A stretch of DNA of 64,000 nucleotides, from positions 745 to 64,744 of the forward strand of contig JALELZ010000029.1 of NCBI GenBank assembly GCA_022768465.1, in the 5' to 3' direction. The notes under the pieces are model-generated. The model worked only from the letters and a program-made list of their open reading frames with translations, did no database searches and had not been told where the DNA came from. This stretch comes from Lachnospiraceae bacterium (GTDB lineage: Bacteria > Bacillota > Clostridia > Lachnospirales > Lachnospiraceae). Positions 44,060-54,456 of this stretch are shown in pieces. Numbering within the stretch: position 1 is the first letter of the stretch; every line of letters starts with the position of its first letter. The position numbers were made by a program, and so were the translations under genes.

Positions 44060-47000
44060 TTATAGAACATATTTTTGTTTCAAAAAAGTGCTGTATATTA
44101 TTCTTTCTCTTACGTTTTTATGAGTAAGCTGTTTTAATGCTCTGGAATAGAGCTCTAACTGTATCCTATAGCGGTCTTTTAGTTCTTCCGGATCGTTTAT
44201 TTTGTCTGTTTTGTAGTCGACAAGTATTATTTCTCCGTCTTCTTCAAAATAGGCATCTATTATTCCCTGAAGTATCTGCATTTCTTTGCTCACTTGGTCG
44301 CTTTTTAGTGTATCAGCCGGAAAGCCTGCCATGAAATGCTGTTCTCTTTTTAGTGTTCCGTTCTTTTTTGCTGCTGCCATTCTTTTTGCTATATCGCTTT
44401 CAAGGAATGTAAGTACGGCCTCTTTATCAAGCAGTTCTTTTTCATCCTCCGGCATTTTTTCGGATTCCATTATTTCCGTAAGCTGTTCTTCCGCACTTCC
44501 TTCATAGCTTAATAGTTCCATGGCTCTGTGGAATGCGGTTCCCTTCAAGGCTCCTATATTTGGCTTTTCTCCGACATTGCTGCCAAAGCCGGTCTTAACA
44601 TCTTTATCATTATTTATGTCGCCGGAAGCATTCTCAGTCAGAATATATAACGGCTCCGGAACTGCATTGTCATTAATATCATAGACCTTCATTCCGGATT
44701 CAAGCTCTTCTATAGCCATTTTTTTGATCTCAGATACTGAGATTTTTGGCTTTAGCTTTGTTTCTTCTTCATATGCATATTCAGCCGCAAATACTTTGTC
44801 CAATTTCTCTGAAAATGTCTTAGCTGCCTCGTCTTCAATATTTCCGTCCTCAAGAAGAAAATGCTTAAGCTCCAAGTATCTGTCTCTAAGCTCTTCCTGT
44901 TCTTCCTTGGCCGCAGTTATTAAATCATTAACCGTATATGTTTTTATGTCGAAATTATAGTCATTGCCGGCACAGGAAAGTATTATCCAGTCCAGATATG
45001 TCTTACATTTATTAATTACTCCGGTTGAAAGCTTACTGCCTGCTTTTTGACCTTCCTTTACGGTTTTTAAAGCCGCCCCATCAAATAACAAGGTCTTGTT
45101 TTTAAGCTTTTCAAGCTTTTCTTCTGCACCCTTAGCTTCACCGGTTATAATGAGCTTTTCCATAGCTCTTGTCATTGCAACATACAACAGTCTTTGTTCT
45201 TCCGCCGCTTCCTCAGACTTCTTTTTCTTTTTCAGGAACAGCTTTTTAAGCCCCGGATATACTATGCCGCTTTCAAGGTCGGTATAGTCCATTCCTATTC
45301 CTTCATCCTCTACAGCTATACTGCTGTCGGCATTTCCTCTTCCTTCAAATGACTCGGCTGCTCTTGCCAGTATAACGACCGGATATTCAAGCCCCTTTGA
45401 GCCGTGAATTGTGCTGATGTTTACTACATCTTTATTACCTGCCGCAGACGGTGCTTCCCCATAATCCGTATCATATTTTTTAAGTGTTTCTATGTATCTG
45501 ACAAAGTTAAAAAGTCCCTGATATCCCGTGCCGGCATAGTCTTCTGCTTTTTTCATCAGAATATCTAAGTTCTTTTGTCTTGTCTCTCCTAAAGGCATTG
45601 CAGAAGCATATGCATAGAATCCTGTTTTAATGTATATCTCATTAAGAAGTAAATGCACCGGCATTACATCGGCCATGTCTCTGAAATTTGTAAGCTCTGC
45701 TAAAAAAAACGCTGCTTTTTTCTTAAGTGCTTCATCATCTGCATTTTCAGCATAAAATACCAAAGCCCTGTAATAATCTCCGGGCTCCGTCCTTCTGTCC
45801 TCCGGCTGTGCCTCGACAAATGCTGTCCTTATAAGAGCAAGCTCGTTATCCGTAAATTCACCTATAGGCCCTTTAAGCACACTGACAAGCGGTATGTCCT
45901 GCAGCGGATCATCCAGCACATTAAGGAACGAGAGCATCATTCTGACCTCTGCGGCATCAAAATACCCCTTCGAATCCTCAAAATAAGCCGGTACGCCGTT
46001 TTTCCTCAGCATGTCTATAAGCGGCTCCGCTGACTTTTTCTTTCTGATAAGTATAGCAATGTCACTGAATCTTGCAGGTCGCATTTGCCCTGAAAACACA
46101 TCCCTTACAGTAAATGCTCCGTTTCCTTCCGATCCTTTTACAAGTGCATTGATCCTGTTCGCAATGAGCTTATACTCTAACTCCTCTGCTTTTAATGTCT
46201 CATCCGCCTCTTTTGGCTCCTCAGTGTTATCCGCCTTTTCGGCATTATCAGCATTATCAACTTTTTCCTCGATTTCTTCAGGATCTAAGAACAAAAGCTC
46301 TGTTTTGCAGTCATTTCCAAAAGGATAGTCTGCTCCGCATTTAAGCATTGCCCTCTCGTCATACTCTATTCCTGCCGCCTCCTTTGACATTATCTTTAGG
46401 AACACGGTATTTACAGAGTCGATGACTTCTTTTCGGCTGCGGTAATTGGCATTAAGCTCGATCCTCACATCATCATAGGCTTCGTCATCTGAAAATGTCT
46501 CATACCTTCTGTTAAAAAGCTCCGGTCTTGCGTTTCTGAAACGATATATGCTCTGCTTTACATCGCCCACAGTAAATACGTCATGTCGTCCAAAACGCTC
46601 AGCAGACAATGCATTTATAATTGCCTCCTGCACATAATTTGAGTCCTGATACTCATCTATCATTATTTCTTTCAAGCTCATCGCAAGCTCATCGGCAAGC
46701 TCTGACGGTATCAAATTGCCGTAGGCATCCTCCTTATACAGCACCTGTAATGCCATGTGCTCAAGGTCATTAAAATCCAGAACATTTCTTTCTTTTTTAA
46801 GCTCGCTGTACTTTTTTGCAAATTCAGCAGTAAGCTCCAAAAGTGCGGAAGAAAGCTCCGCAGAGCCCTTTATCTGCATGGAAAGCTCATCTTCCGAAAG
46901 CAGGAATTCTCCTTCTAAAAGAGATGCTGTCCACTTTTTAAAGTCATTTCTGAGATCCTTTACAAAGTCCTTTTTCCCCTCGTCCACACCATCCTTTTTA

Positions 47001-47869
47001 AATGATGTGTTTGGGAGTCTGCTAAAGCTGATCTCACCAAGATACTCTCTGATATTTTCATAGCCTGAAAGACGGCTTAAGATTTCTGCTTTTTCTAAAT
47101 CAGCCTCTATCAGCTCCTTGTACTTTGCCGGGCCGTCCTCTGTATCACAAACCTCAGCTGCTTTAAAAAGAAGCTCTGCCTGTATCTGTGCCTCCTTCTT
47201 AAAGGCATCCTCAAACTCCTTATACCAAAGGCTTTCTTGATAATCTCCTGTTTTTTCTCTTATGCACTCAGCCTGCCAATCCTCTATAGTCTTTTCCGGC
47301 CAGGCCTGCGCCATGATAAAGCTGTAGACATTATTGATGACCGAAGTAAGCTTTGAATCAAATTTTTTTTCTTCAAAGGTATTTACAAGCTTTTTAAAAG
47401 CTTCATCCTTGATCTCATCTGCATTTTCAGCATACTTATCTTCTAATATCGCAGTAAGGATATCTCCTCGCAGCATGACCGACTCAGCCTCATCCAAAAG
47501 TCTGAAGTCCGGGTCAATATCAAGCTGCTGATAATGCTGCTTTATAAGCCTCTGGCAAAATGAGTGGATAGTTGAGATCGACGCTCTCGGAAGCATTGCA
47601 CTCTGAAGCTTAAGTCTTTTGTTATCCGGCTCTGCTGCTATCCTGTTTCTAAGTGCCTTTCCTATCTTTTGGCGCATGCCGTCTGCAGCCGCATTGGTAA
47701 ATGTCATGACCAACAGTTCATTGAGATCGATACCGTTACTTTCATCCGATATCATATCAATGATTCTCTCAACCATAACTGTCGTCTTACCGCTTCCGGC
47801 TGCCGCAGATACAAGAATACTTTTATTCTTAAGTCCCATGATCTTTTTCTGCTCTTCGCTCCAGTTCAT
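44060..47869 (-). CDS. addA: ATP-dependent helicase/nuclease AddA
   Basis: UvrD-like helicase motifs (AAAGSGKTT, DEYQDSN) and a C-terminal RecB-family nuclease (DYKTD). Confidence 0.95.
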   Translation of the reverse strand: MNWSEEQKKIMGLKNKSILVSAAAGSGKTTVMVERIIDMISDESNGIDLNELLVMTFTNAAADGMRQKIGKALRNRIAAEPDNKRLKLQSAMLPRASISTIHSFCQRLIKQHYQQLDIDPDFRLLDEAESVMLRGDILTAILEDKYAENADEIKDEAFKKLVNTFEEKKFDSKLTSVINNVYSFIMAQAWPEKTIEDWQAECIREKTGDYQESLWYKEFEDAFKKEAQIQAELLFKAAEVCDTEDGPAKYKELIEADLEKAEILSRLSGYENIREYLGEISFSRLPNTSFKKDGVDEGKKDFVKDLRNDFKKWTASLLEGEFLLSEDELSMQIKGSAELSSALLELTAEFAKKYSELKKERNVLDFNDLEHMALQVLYKEDAYGNLIPSELADELAMSLKEIMIDEYQDSNYVQEAIINALSAERFGRHDVFTVGDVKQSIYRFRNARPELFNRRYETFSDDEAYDDVRIELNANYRSRKEVIDSVNTVFLKIMSKEAAGIEYDERAMLKCGADYPFGNDCKTELLFLDPEEIEEKVDNADNAEKADNTEEPKEADETLKAEELEYKLIANRINALVKGSEGNGAFTVRDVFSGQMRPARFSDIAILIRKKKSAEPLIDMLRKNGVPAYFEDSKGYFDAAEVRMMLSFLNVLDDPLQDIPLVSVLKGPIGEFTDNELALIRTAFVEAQPEDRRTEPGDYYRALVFYAENADDEALKKKAAFFLAELTNFRDMADVMPVHLLLNEIYIKTGFYAYASAMPLGETRQKNLDILMKKAEDYAGTGYQGLFNFVRYIETLKKYDTDYGEAPSAAGNKDVVNISTIHGSKGLEYPVVILARAAESFEGRGNADSSIAVEDEGIGMDYTDLESGIVYPGLKKLFLKKKKKSEEAAEEQRLLYVAMTRAMEKLIITGEAKGAEEKLEKLKNKTLLFDGAALKTVKEGQKAGSKLSTGVINKCKTYLDWIILSCAGNDYNFDIKTYTVNDLITAAKEEQEELRDRYLELKHFLLEDGNIEDEAAKTFSEKLDKVFAAEYAYEEETKLKPKISVSEIKKMAIEELESGMKVYDINDNAVPEPLYILTENASGDINNDKDVKTGFGSNVGEKPNIGALKGTAFHRAMELLSYEGSAEEQLTEIMESEKMPEDEKELLDKEAVLTFLESDIAKRMAAAKKNGTLKREQHFMAGFPADTLKSDQVSKEMQILQGIIDAYFEEDGEIILVDYKTDKINDPEELKDRYRIQLELYSRALKQLTHKNVRERIIYSTFLKQKYVL

Positions 47870-50800
47870 CTGTCTTCTTCCTCATTATCGGATAAAAACT
47901 CATTTATTTCATCATTAGTAAATTTCTTGATCCTTTTATAGCCAAAGCCTTTGATATCCGTATCAAAGCCGCATATTCCCTTATAGCTGCAGTAATCGCA
48001 TGCAGTCTCCGTTCCGGATTTATACGGTTTAATGTCAATGTTTCCGGCGAGTATCATATCCGCATCAGTATGCATTCTGTCCTTGACCGTAGCTATAAGC
48101 TTTGAAAAGCCGCTTTCAGTTAATGACATTGTTGACTGATTCATGACCTTAGAGCTCTTTAGGGCTGCTTTCACATCTTTACCTTCGACACAAGCTTCCT
48201 TATCGAGATGCCCTGCAGCTGTATCATCCTTAAGAACAGCCCCGTTCATGCGAAGCTCCTTTAAGGTAAGCTCTTCGGACGCCGTATAGTCAGAATCATT
48301 GCTGCTCAGCTTTCTGACGTCTGACAGCTTTATCGAAGGCTCTGCAACATTATAATAAAACATGCCCGCCGGAGCTACGCCTTCATTACTTCCCTTAAGC
48401 TTTGCCGTCTCCTTCATCGCCGCATCCATATATGCCGTAAGCTGCAGCTGCAGTCCGTTAAGAGTCTTATTAATATCAAATGCCGTACTGCCGGTTTTAT
48501 AATCTATGACCTTTACGTAGGTCTTATTATTTTCTTCATCAAGACAGTAATCTATCCTGTCAATTTTACCCTTAAAGAAAATGTTCTCATCCCTGTATTT
48601 AAACTCGACCTCAGTTTCGAGAGTCCTAAAATCGCCCTTTTTGAGCTGTTCTCTTAGTACCCATGCTGTCTTTGAGGTAATACGGCGCACTCTGTCTGCA
48701 ATAAATCTGTTTCGCGCGGTAACTGTCATAACATTGTCGCTGTACTCTGAAATAACACGATCCACTGAGCTCTTACATACGCTTTTGAGCCCGGCATCCG
48801 ACAGCTCACTTAGCGATGTTCCTGCGTCAAAGATCTCTCTGAATAGCTCATCAAGTGCTCCGTGGAACAGTTTTCCTATATCGACTGCTTCTATATCAAA
48901 GCTTTCACGCTCCTTAAGTTTCAGACCGTAATCCAGAAAATGTCTGTAGGCACATTTCTCAAAGTCCTCGATTCTTGAGACCGAACCGCTTAGAATGTTT
49001 CCGTAAAGCTTTTTGGATACCTCTTCAGAAAGTGCATCCTTTTCATATTTTATGAATGCACCTTTCAGTACAAGCTCAGCTCTATTATGAAATTCCTCAT
49101 CTGTCACAAGCTTTCTGTAAAGCACCTTGACTTTGTCATCTGTTACTCCACGCCTGATAAGCCTTGTGAATAATTCCAAGGCATCTTCTTTAGAGTCTAT
49201 ATTATCTTCATCTGCATATTCAAAATGTGCCTCAGCTTTCAGCCCTTCTATAACAGTCGAAGGCTTAAGCGGCTTTTGTTCACTGCTGTTTTTTGAATAA
49301 GACAAAATAAGCTTTCGGTTCGGCTTATTCATCATGAGTCGGATATAGAATTCCTGAATACAGCTGTCAGTCCTGTCATCAGGTGCAAGCTCAATGCCGC
49401 CGTCCTTTAAAAGGCCTCCCAGTTCCTCCATCTCGACTCTTTCGCGGTCTGTAAATATTCCGCCTCCGGTTACTGCATTCGGCATAAGTCCGTCGTTTGC
49501 TCCGACTATATACAGCACGTCAATATCATCAAGCCTGCTTCGCTTAAGATCTCCGATAATGACCATATCCATGGTCTCAGGTATCATGCCTCCTTTCATA
49601 TCGACAAATCCCGCCTCAATAAGCTTGACATAGTCTTTAGTACTTATATTCTCATCGCCTAATACTTCACTTATTCTGATAAAAAATTCCGGAAGCAGGC
49701 CCGCAAATCTTCGGTTTTCGGAAGCCTCCTTCCAAAGTCCCTTTTCTTCAAGCGCTTTTGCAAGCTGTTCCGTTCTTAAGGTTATATCTATATCAGCTGC
49801 AAAGGCTTCAAGTGCAGCTGTCTTATCCGCTGCCGATTTTCCAACTTTTAATGTCTCTTCAAGTGCAAATACATACTTTAAGCTTTCGCTGCATTCATTT
49901 TCAGAAAGTGCCTCAAGCTGCCTCCTCCCTCTTTTTCCGGTCTTTCTTAAGTAATTATCCAATTCATCGGCAGCGCTTCTTTGTTCTTTTCCGCCAATAA
50001 GATTGAGAGGATTTTTAATAAATCTCATCACATCATCATAACGGTAGGATTCTGTTATCATGGCACAGGCTGCTCTTATCAGCTCTATTGCAGGCGAACC
50101 CAGTGCCGCCTTCTTATCATCCATGAAAAACGGTATCTCAGCACGTCTTAACTCTCTGCCGATTATATTTTTATATGCCTCAGGATCAGAAACTATCACT
50201 GCCATTCTCTGATATCTGATATCATTTTCCAGAGCATTCCTTCTGATGCTTCCTGCAAGCAGCCTTATCTCATCAACAGGATCAGCTGCCTCTCTTATGT
50301 AAATGCCTTCGTCATATCGTTTTCTTTCAGAAAGCCTTATATCTCTGTCCTTAGACTGACTTACTCCTGCTTTGGAAGCGGTATCAATTAAGGCAGCAAT
50401 ATTCTTCTTACTGAGCCACCATATATCTGTAATATCCTCTTTTATAAACCTGTACGGCTCTTCCTCTGAAGGGATAGTAAGTGCAAAGCGAAGCCTTTCT
50501 GCTTCCGGCATTATCAGTCCTATAAGCTCTAACTGCACAGGAGTAAAGCCTGTATAGCCGTCAAAAACAATGACTGCATCCTTTAAAAGCTCAGATCTCA
50601 TGATGTATTTTAAAAGAAGGAGCGGTATTTCCTCCGGTATAGTCCTGCTTTCCTTTAATTCACCTGTAAATGTCTCATATATATTGGAAATGTCTCCTAG
50701 CTTTCCCTTAAGAAGCTGACTTTTTGCAGCTTCCTGAAGCTTTCTCAGCTTTTCCGGATCAATATTATACTGATAGAACTCGGAAATCAGAGACTTGATC

Positions 50801-51171
50801 TGCTCAATAAATCCCTTTGATGACACTTTGCCGGCATAAACATTAAGCCCATCTTTCCTGCTTACCTCAAGAACTGCCTTCCTTATGAGCAGTGCTTTTC
50901 CTATATCATCAAGCACCGCCGGAGCTGTTATTCCAAGCTCTTCTATAACTCTGTAGAATAATAGCTGAAATGAAAGCACATCTAAATTAAGCATACCGTG
51001 ATCTTCGCTTATCGAAATGATCTCTCGCTGTGCCTTTAGAGTGTTCTGCTCCGGAACGAAAAGAAAATACTTTTTTTCCGGATGAAGCCTGGCTTCATCA
51101 CTCAGCCATTTGTAAATGTATCTTGATTTGCCGGAGCCCGGTGCTCCGAAGATAAAGTCATAGTATGCCAT
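47866..51171 (-). CDS. addB: ATP-dependent helicase/nuclease AddB
   Basis: GAPGSGKS N-terminus, C-terminal nuclease/Fe-S Cys cluster (CDYCSYKGIC), ATGA overlap with addA. Confidence 0.93.
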   Translation of the reverse strand: MAYYDFIFGAPGSGKSRYIYKWLSDEARLHPEKKYFLFVPEQNTLKAQREIISISEDHGMLNLDVLSFQLLFYRVIEELGITAPAVLDDIGKALLIRKAVLEVSRKDGLNVYAGKVSSKGFIEQIKSLISEFYQYNIDPEKLRKLQEAAKSQLLKGKLGDISNIYETFTGELKESRTIPEEIPLLLLKYIMRSELLKDAVIVFDGYTGFTPVQLELIGLIMPEAERLRFALTIPSEEEPYRFIKEDITDIWWLSKKNIAALIDTASKAGVSQSKDRDIRLSERKRYDEGIYIREAADPVDEIRLLAGSIRRNALENDIRYQRMAVIVSDPEAYKNIIGRELRRAEIPFFMDDKKAALGSPAIELIRAACAMITESYRYDDVMRFIKNPLNLIGGKEQRSAADELDNYLRKTGKRGRRQLEALSENECSESLKYVFALEETLKVGKSAADKTAALEAFAADIDITLRTEQLAKALEEKGLWKEASENRRFAGLLPEFFIRISEVLGDENISTKDYVKLIEAGFVDMKGGMIPETMDMVIIGDLKRSRLDDIDVLYIVGANDGLMPNAVTGGGIFTDRERVEMEELGGLLKDGGIELAPDDRTDSCIQEFYIRLMMNKPNRKLILSYSKNSSEQKPLKPSTVIEGLKAEAHFEYADEDNIDSKEDALELFTRLIRRGVTDDKVKVLYRKLVTDEEFHNRAELVLKGAFIKYEKDALSEEVSKKLYGNILSGSVSRIEDFEKCAYRHFLDYGLKLKERESFDIEAVDIGKLFHGALDELFREIFDAGTSLSELSDAGLKSVCKSSVDRVISEYSDNVMTVTARNRFIADRVRRITSKTAWVLREQLKKGDFRTLETEVEFKYRDENIFFKGKIDRIDYCLDEENNKTYVKVIDYKTGSTAFDINKTLNGLQLQLTAYMDAAMKETAKLKGSNEGVAPAGMFYYNVAEPSIKLSDVRKLSSNDSDYTASEELTLKELRMNGAVLKDDTAAGHLDKEACVEGKDVKAALKSSKVMNQSTMSLTESGFSKLIATVKDRMHTDADMILAGNIDIKPYKSGTETACDYCSYKGICGFDTDIKGFGYKRIKKFTNDEINEFLSDNEEEDR

Positions 51172-51196
51172 TTTTGTCCCACATTCGTCAGTATTA

Positions 51197-51243
51197 TAAT
51201 AAAGTAAAGGTCGGCGTTCTCATATGAGTTGATCGCCGACCTT
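51197..51243 (-). terminator. Terminator after the small secreted protein gene
   Basis: AAGGTCGGCG ... CGCCGACCTT followed by TACTTTATT on the minus strand. Confidence 0.65.
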
Positions 51244-51251
51244 AAATACTT

Positions 51252-51794
51252 TTAATTCTGTGCCGCATCCTGAAAACTGTAATAATCGTCCTCGTCGCAG
51301 ATGTAAAGATATAATGTTTTATTTTTCTTACCGCTTCCGTCGTAGTTGAGTGTCATAACCATGCCCTGAAGTGTGTCGCTATAGAGCTTTTCTCTTTCTT
51401 CAAGACTCGCTATGGTATTCTCTGACAAAATCTGGTAATAATCCCCTACAGCAAGATCACCCTCGTCATATGTTCTTACTGTTTCCTTATATGAGCCTGT
51501 CTGATCTTCTTTCTCATATATTACGGAGATACTCGCAGATAACTTTTTAACATCTGCTTTTGTTATGCCTTTGTTCAATTCAACATTAAAGAATGTATCC
51601 GGCAGGACAGCTAAACCATCCTTATAATTTACCGTACTTCCGTTATGACCGGCATAACAAACTCTGTTTACTTCTTCAAGATCAAATTCCACCTTGAATG
51701 GAAAATCTGATTTTCCTGCGGCAAACGATGTAAAACAGCATGCCAATGAAAGCATGGCTGTAAATATTATGATTTTAATAGTCTTACTTTTCAT
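51252..51794 (-). CDS. Secreted or lipoprotein-like protein of unknown function
   Basis: Start at ATG 51794. MKSKTIKIIIFTAMLSLACCFTSFAAG is a signal peptide with Cys residues. I recognise no other motif. Confidence 0.65.
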   Translation of the reverse strand: MKSKTIKIIIFTAMLSLACCFTSFAAGKSDFPFKVEFDLEEVNRVCYAGHNGSTVNYKDGLAVLPDTFFNVELNKGITKADVKKLSASISVIYEKEDQTGSYKETVRTYDEGDLAVGDYYQILSENTIASLEEREKLYSDTLQGMVMTLNYDGSGKKNKTLYLYICDEDDYYSFQDAAQN

Positions 51795-51843
51795 GATGGT
51801 GACAGTATAGCACGCCATCCTTACGAAGGACTTGAATAAAATC

Positions 51844-53073
51844 TTACGAAAAACTTACTTTGCAGAAATTCTTTTTTCCTCTGCGAACTATGATTCCGTC
51901 ACCTGCAAGCTCATCCTTTGTGTAGGACTTTTTGCTGTCTGTGACCTTCTCATCAGCTACGGTAACACCGCCCTGTTCGATGTTTCTTCTGGCATCTCCT
52001 CTTGATCCGCAGAGTCCTGCATTTACAAGGATGCTGATAAGGTCAATGCTGCCGTCTGTAAGCTCAGCTTCAGTCACATCATAAGAAGGCATATCTGCTG
52101 ATGAAGCTCCGCTGAATGCTGCCTTTGCAGCTGCCTCTGCCTTGTCAGCCTCTTCCTTGCCGTGTACAAGCTCTGTAAGCTCGTGAGCAAGCACTTCCTT
52201 GGCCTTGTTAAGCTCTGCACCTTCCCAGCTCTCCATCTTTCTGATTTCCTCAAGCGGAAGGAAGGTGAGCATCTTAAGACACTTTATAACGTCGGCATCA
52301 TTTACATTCCTCCAGTACTGATAAAACTCATACGGTGTTGTCTTTTCAGGGTCAAGCCAAACTGCACCTGACGCTGTCTTACCCATCTTTTTGCCTTCTG
52401 AGTTAAGAAGAAGCGTTATTGTCATTGCGTGTGCATCTTTTCCGAGCTTCTTTCTGATAAGCTCTGTTCCGGCAAGCATATTTGACCACTGATCATCACC
52501 GCCGAACTGCATGTTGCAGCCGTAATCCTGGAATAATCTGTAGAAATCGTAGCCCTGCATAAGCATGTAGTTGAACTCAAGGAATGTAAGTCCCTGCTCC
52601 ATACGATTTACATAGCAGCGTGCAGCAAGCATCTTATTGACATTGAAATGCACTCCTATGTCTCTTAAGAAATCTATATAATTAAGGTTGAGCAGCCAGT
52701 CTGCGTTGTTGACCATGATAGCGTCTGAGCTGCCGTCTCCGAAATGAATAAAGCGGCTCATCTGCTTTCTGAAGCAATCGCAGTTGTGCTGAATTGTCTC
52801 TACTGTCATCATCTTACGAAGATCTGAACGACCCGACGGATCTCCGATCATTCCTGTTCCTCCGCCTACAAGTGCAACAGGCTTATTGCCTGCCATCTGC
52901 AGTCTCTTCATAAGGCAGAGTGCCATAAAATGACCAACGTGAAGGCTGTCTGCTGTAGGGTCAAAGCCTATATAGAAAGTAGCCTTACCATTATTGACCA
53001 TGTTCTTTATTTCTTCTTCATCTGTAACCTGAGCAATAAGTCCGCGCTCAACTAACTCCTCATAAATACCCAT
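51844..53073 (-). CDS. tyrS: Tyrosine--tRNA ligase
   Basis: FDPTADSLHVGHF (HIGH), KMGKT (KMSKS), C-terminal S4-like domain. Confidence 0.95.
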   Translation of the reverse strand: MGIYEELVERGLIAQVTDEEEIKNMVNNGKATFYIGFDPTADSLHVGHFMALCLMKRLQMAGNKPVALVGGGTGMIGDPSGRSDLRKMMTVETIQHNCDCFRKQMSRFIHFGDGSSDAIMVNNADWLLNLNYIDFLRDIGVHFNVNKMLAARCYVNRMEQGLTFLEFNYMLMQGYDFYRLFQDYGCNMQFGGDDQWSNMLAGTELIRKKLGKDAHAMTITLLLNSEGKKMGKTASGAVWLDPEKTTPYEFYQYWRNVNDADVIKCLKMLTFLPLEEIRKMESWEGAELNKAKEVLAHELTELVHGKEEADKAEAAAKAAFSGASSADMPSYDVTEAELTDGSIDLISILVNAGLCGSRGDARRNIEQGGVTVADEKVTDSKKSYTKDELAGDGIIVRRGKKNFCKVSFS

Positions 53074-53135
53074 TGATCCCTTCATCTCCTCTTGATCATT
53101 TCATTGTTTCTTATAAGGAAAATACTTCCTTATAA

Positions 53136-53170
53136 CTAAAAAGACTACTGCCTGTTTACAGGCAGTAATC
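53136..53170 (-). terminator. Terminator after the cell-wall-binding protein gene; it lies inside the short tyrS upstream region
   Basis: GATTACTGCCTG taaa CAGGCAGTAGTC followed by TTTTTAG on the minus strand. Confidence 0.75.
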
Positions 53171-53207
53171 CATATCTTACTATTAATAAAGTTATTTTTC
53201 AAGTTAT

Positions 53208-54218
53208 TCAACGTATCATGACGCCATTAAGGTCAAAAAGGTGGCCGTCCGGATTATATGCCGACTGAACTCTTGCTCCCGAGCTGTCTGTGTAATAGGT
53301 TTTTCCGTCAACATTAATATAGCCGGTCTGCATTATGCCGCTATTATCAAAATAATACCATTTTTCATTGATATTGTTCCAGCTTGCGGTAGCAAGTCTT
53401 CCTGACGGCAATGCATAATACCATTTATTATTAACATAAATCCAGCTCGTCTTCATAAGACCGTTTGCATCGAAATAATACCAGTAATTATCGATCCTCT
53501 CCCAGCCGTTTCTTGCGTATGTGCCGTTACCGTATCTGTAATAATAACCGCTGCTCTGCTTGATCCAGCCTGATGCTGTGTTCTGAGAACCGGGATTCTG
53601 GGATTGCACATTGACCTTTCCGGCATTGCCGTTGATATAGCTTCCTGTCACAGTATTGATAACAGATGTATTACTGTAGGAGCCTTCTCCCGGACCCTTT
53701 GGTCCGTAGTAGCCGTAATCTGAGCCACTTCCCGGTCCCATAGGATAGTATCCGTAACCATAGTTATAATAATAGTTATTTCCGCCTGAAGGTGAGTCAG
53801 AATCTATATCATCTGCAGTAATATTGACATCAGGTGAATTAAACGACCAGTCACTGTACGCTCCGCCGATAAACTTTACCCTAACCTTGATATGATATTT
53901 TCCTTTACTTGAAAAGCTTATCTGATAGCTGTTATCTGATGTCTTATATGTTTTATAATTCTCTGTCCAATTTCCGTCTTTTTGTCTGGACAGCCTGATC
54001 TCATAGTTATCGACAGCCTCACCGGAAGGAATACCCACATCCCATGCCGCACTTCCGTCAGTGTCCAGACTAAGACTGTTCCAACTGACAGCAGTAGCCG
54101 CATATGACTCGATATGTGTAAGCTCACCGGCAGCATAAACTCCGCCTAAAGACATTGCTGCCGTTCCCAGGCCTATTATCAATCCCAGAATTCTTTTATT
54201 TGAAAAATGCTTTGACAT
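53208..54218 (-). CDS. Secreted cell-wall-binding-repeat protein with a Tyr/Gly-rich linker
   Basis: Signal peptide, Ig-like N-terminal domain, YYYNYGYGYYPMGPGSGSDYGYYGPKG linker, about five GW...WYYF CW_binding_1-type repeats. Confidence 0.8.
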   Translation of the reverse strand: MSKHFSNKRILGLIIGLGTAAMSLGGVYAAGELTHIESYAATAVSWNSLSLDTDGSAAWDVGIPSGEAVDNYEIRLSRQKDGNWTENYKTYKTSDNSYQISFSSKGKYHIKVRVKFIGGAYSDWSFNSPDVNITADDIDSDSPSGGNNYYYNYGYGYYPMGPGSGSDYGYYGPKGPGEGSYSNTSVINTVTGSYINGNAGKVNVQSQNPGSQNTASGWIKQSSGYYYRYGNGTYARNGWERIDNYWYYFDANGLMKTSWIYVNNKWYYALPSGRLATASWNNINEKWYYFDNSGIMQTGYINVDGKTYYTDSSGARVQSAYNPDGHLFDLNGVMIR

Positions 54219-54400
54219 ATAACTCTCCTAAAAGATTTTATTATTAGACACTATGTTGATAAATTACAATCTGCTCATGTATCATATATGCCCGATATGA
54301 TTAAACAAATCATCCTTAAAAAACATAGAACCAATGATTATACATACTGTTTTAACATGAGGCATTGTAAATGTACACTTAATTTTATATTACGGTTTTA

Positions 54401-54429
54401 ACGAAAGAAAGCAGGTCATACGACCTGCC
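54401..54429 (-). terminator. etfA terminator
   Basis: GCAGGTC gtat GACCTGC followed by TTTCTTTCG on the minus strand. Confidence 0.7.
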
Positions 54430-54456
54430 TTCAAAAAGAGTAAATATGGATTTAAA

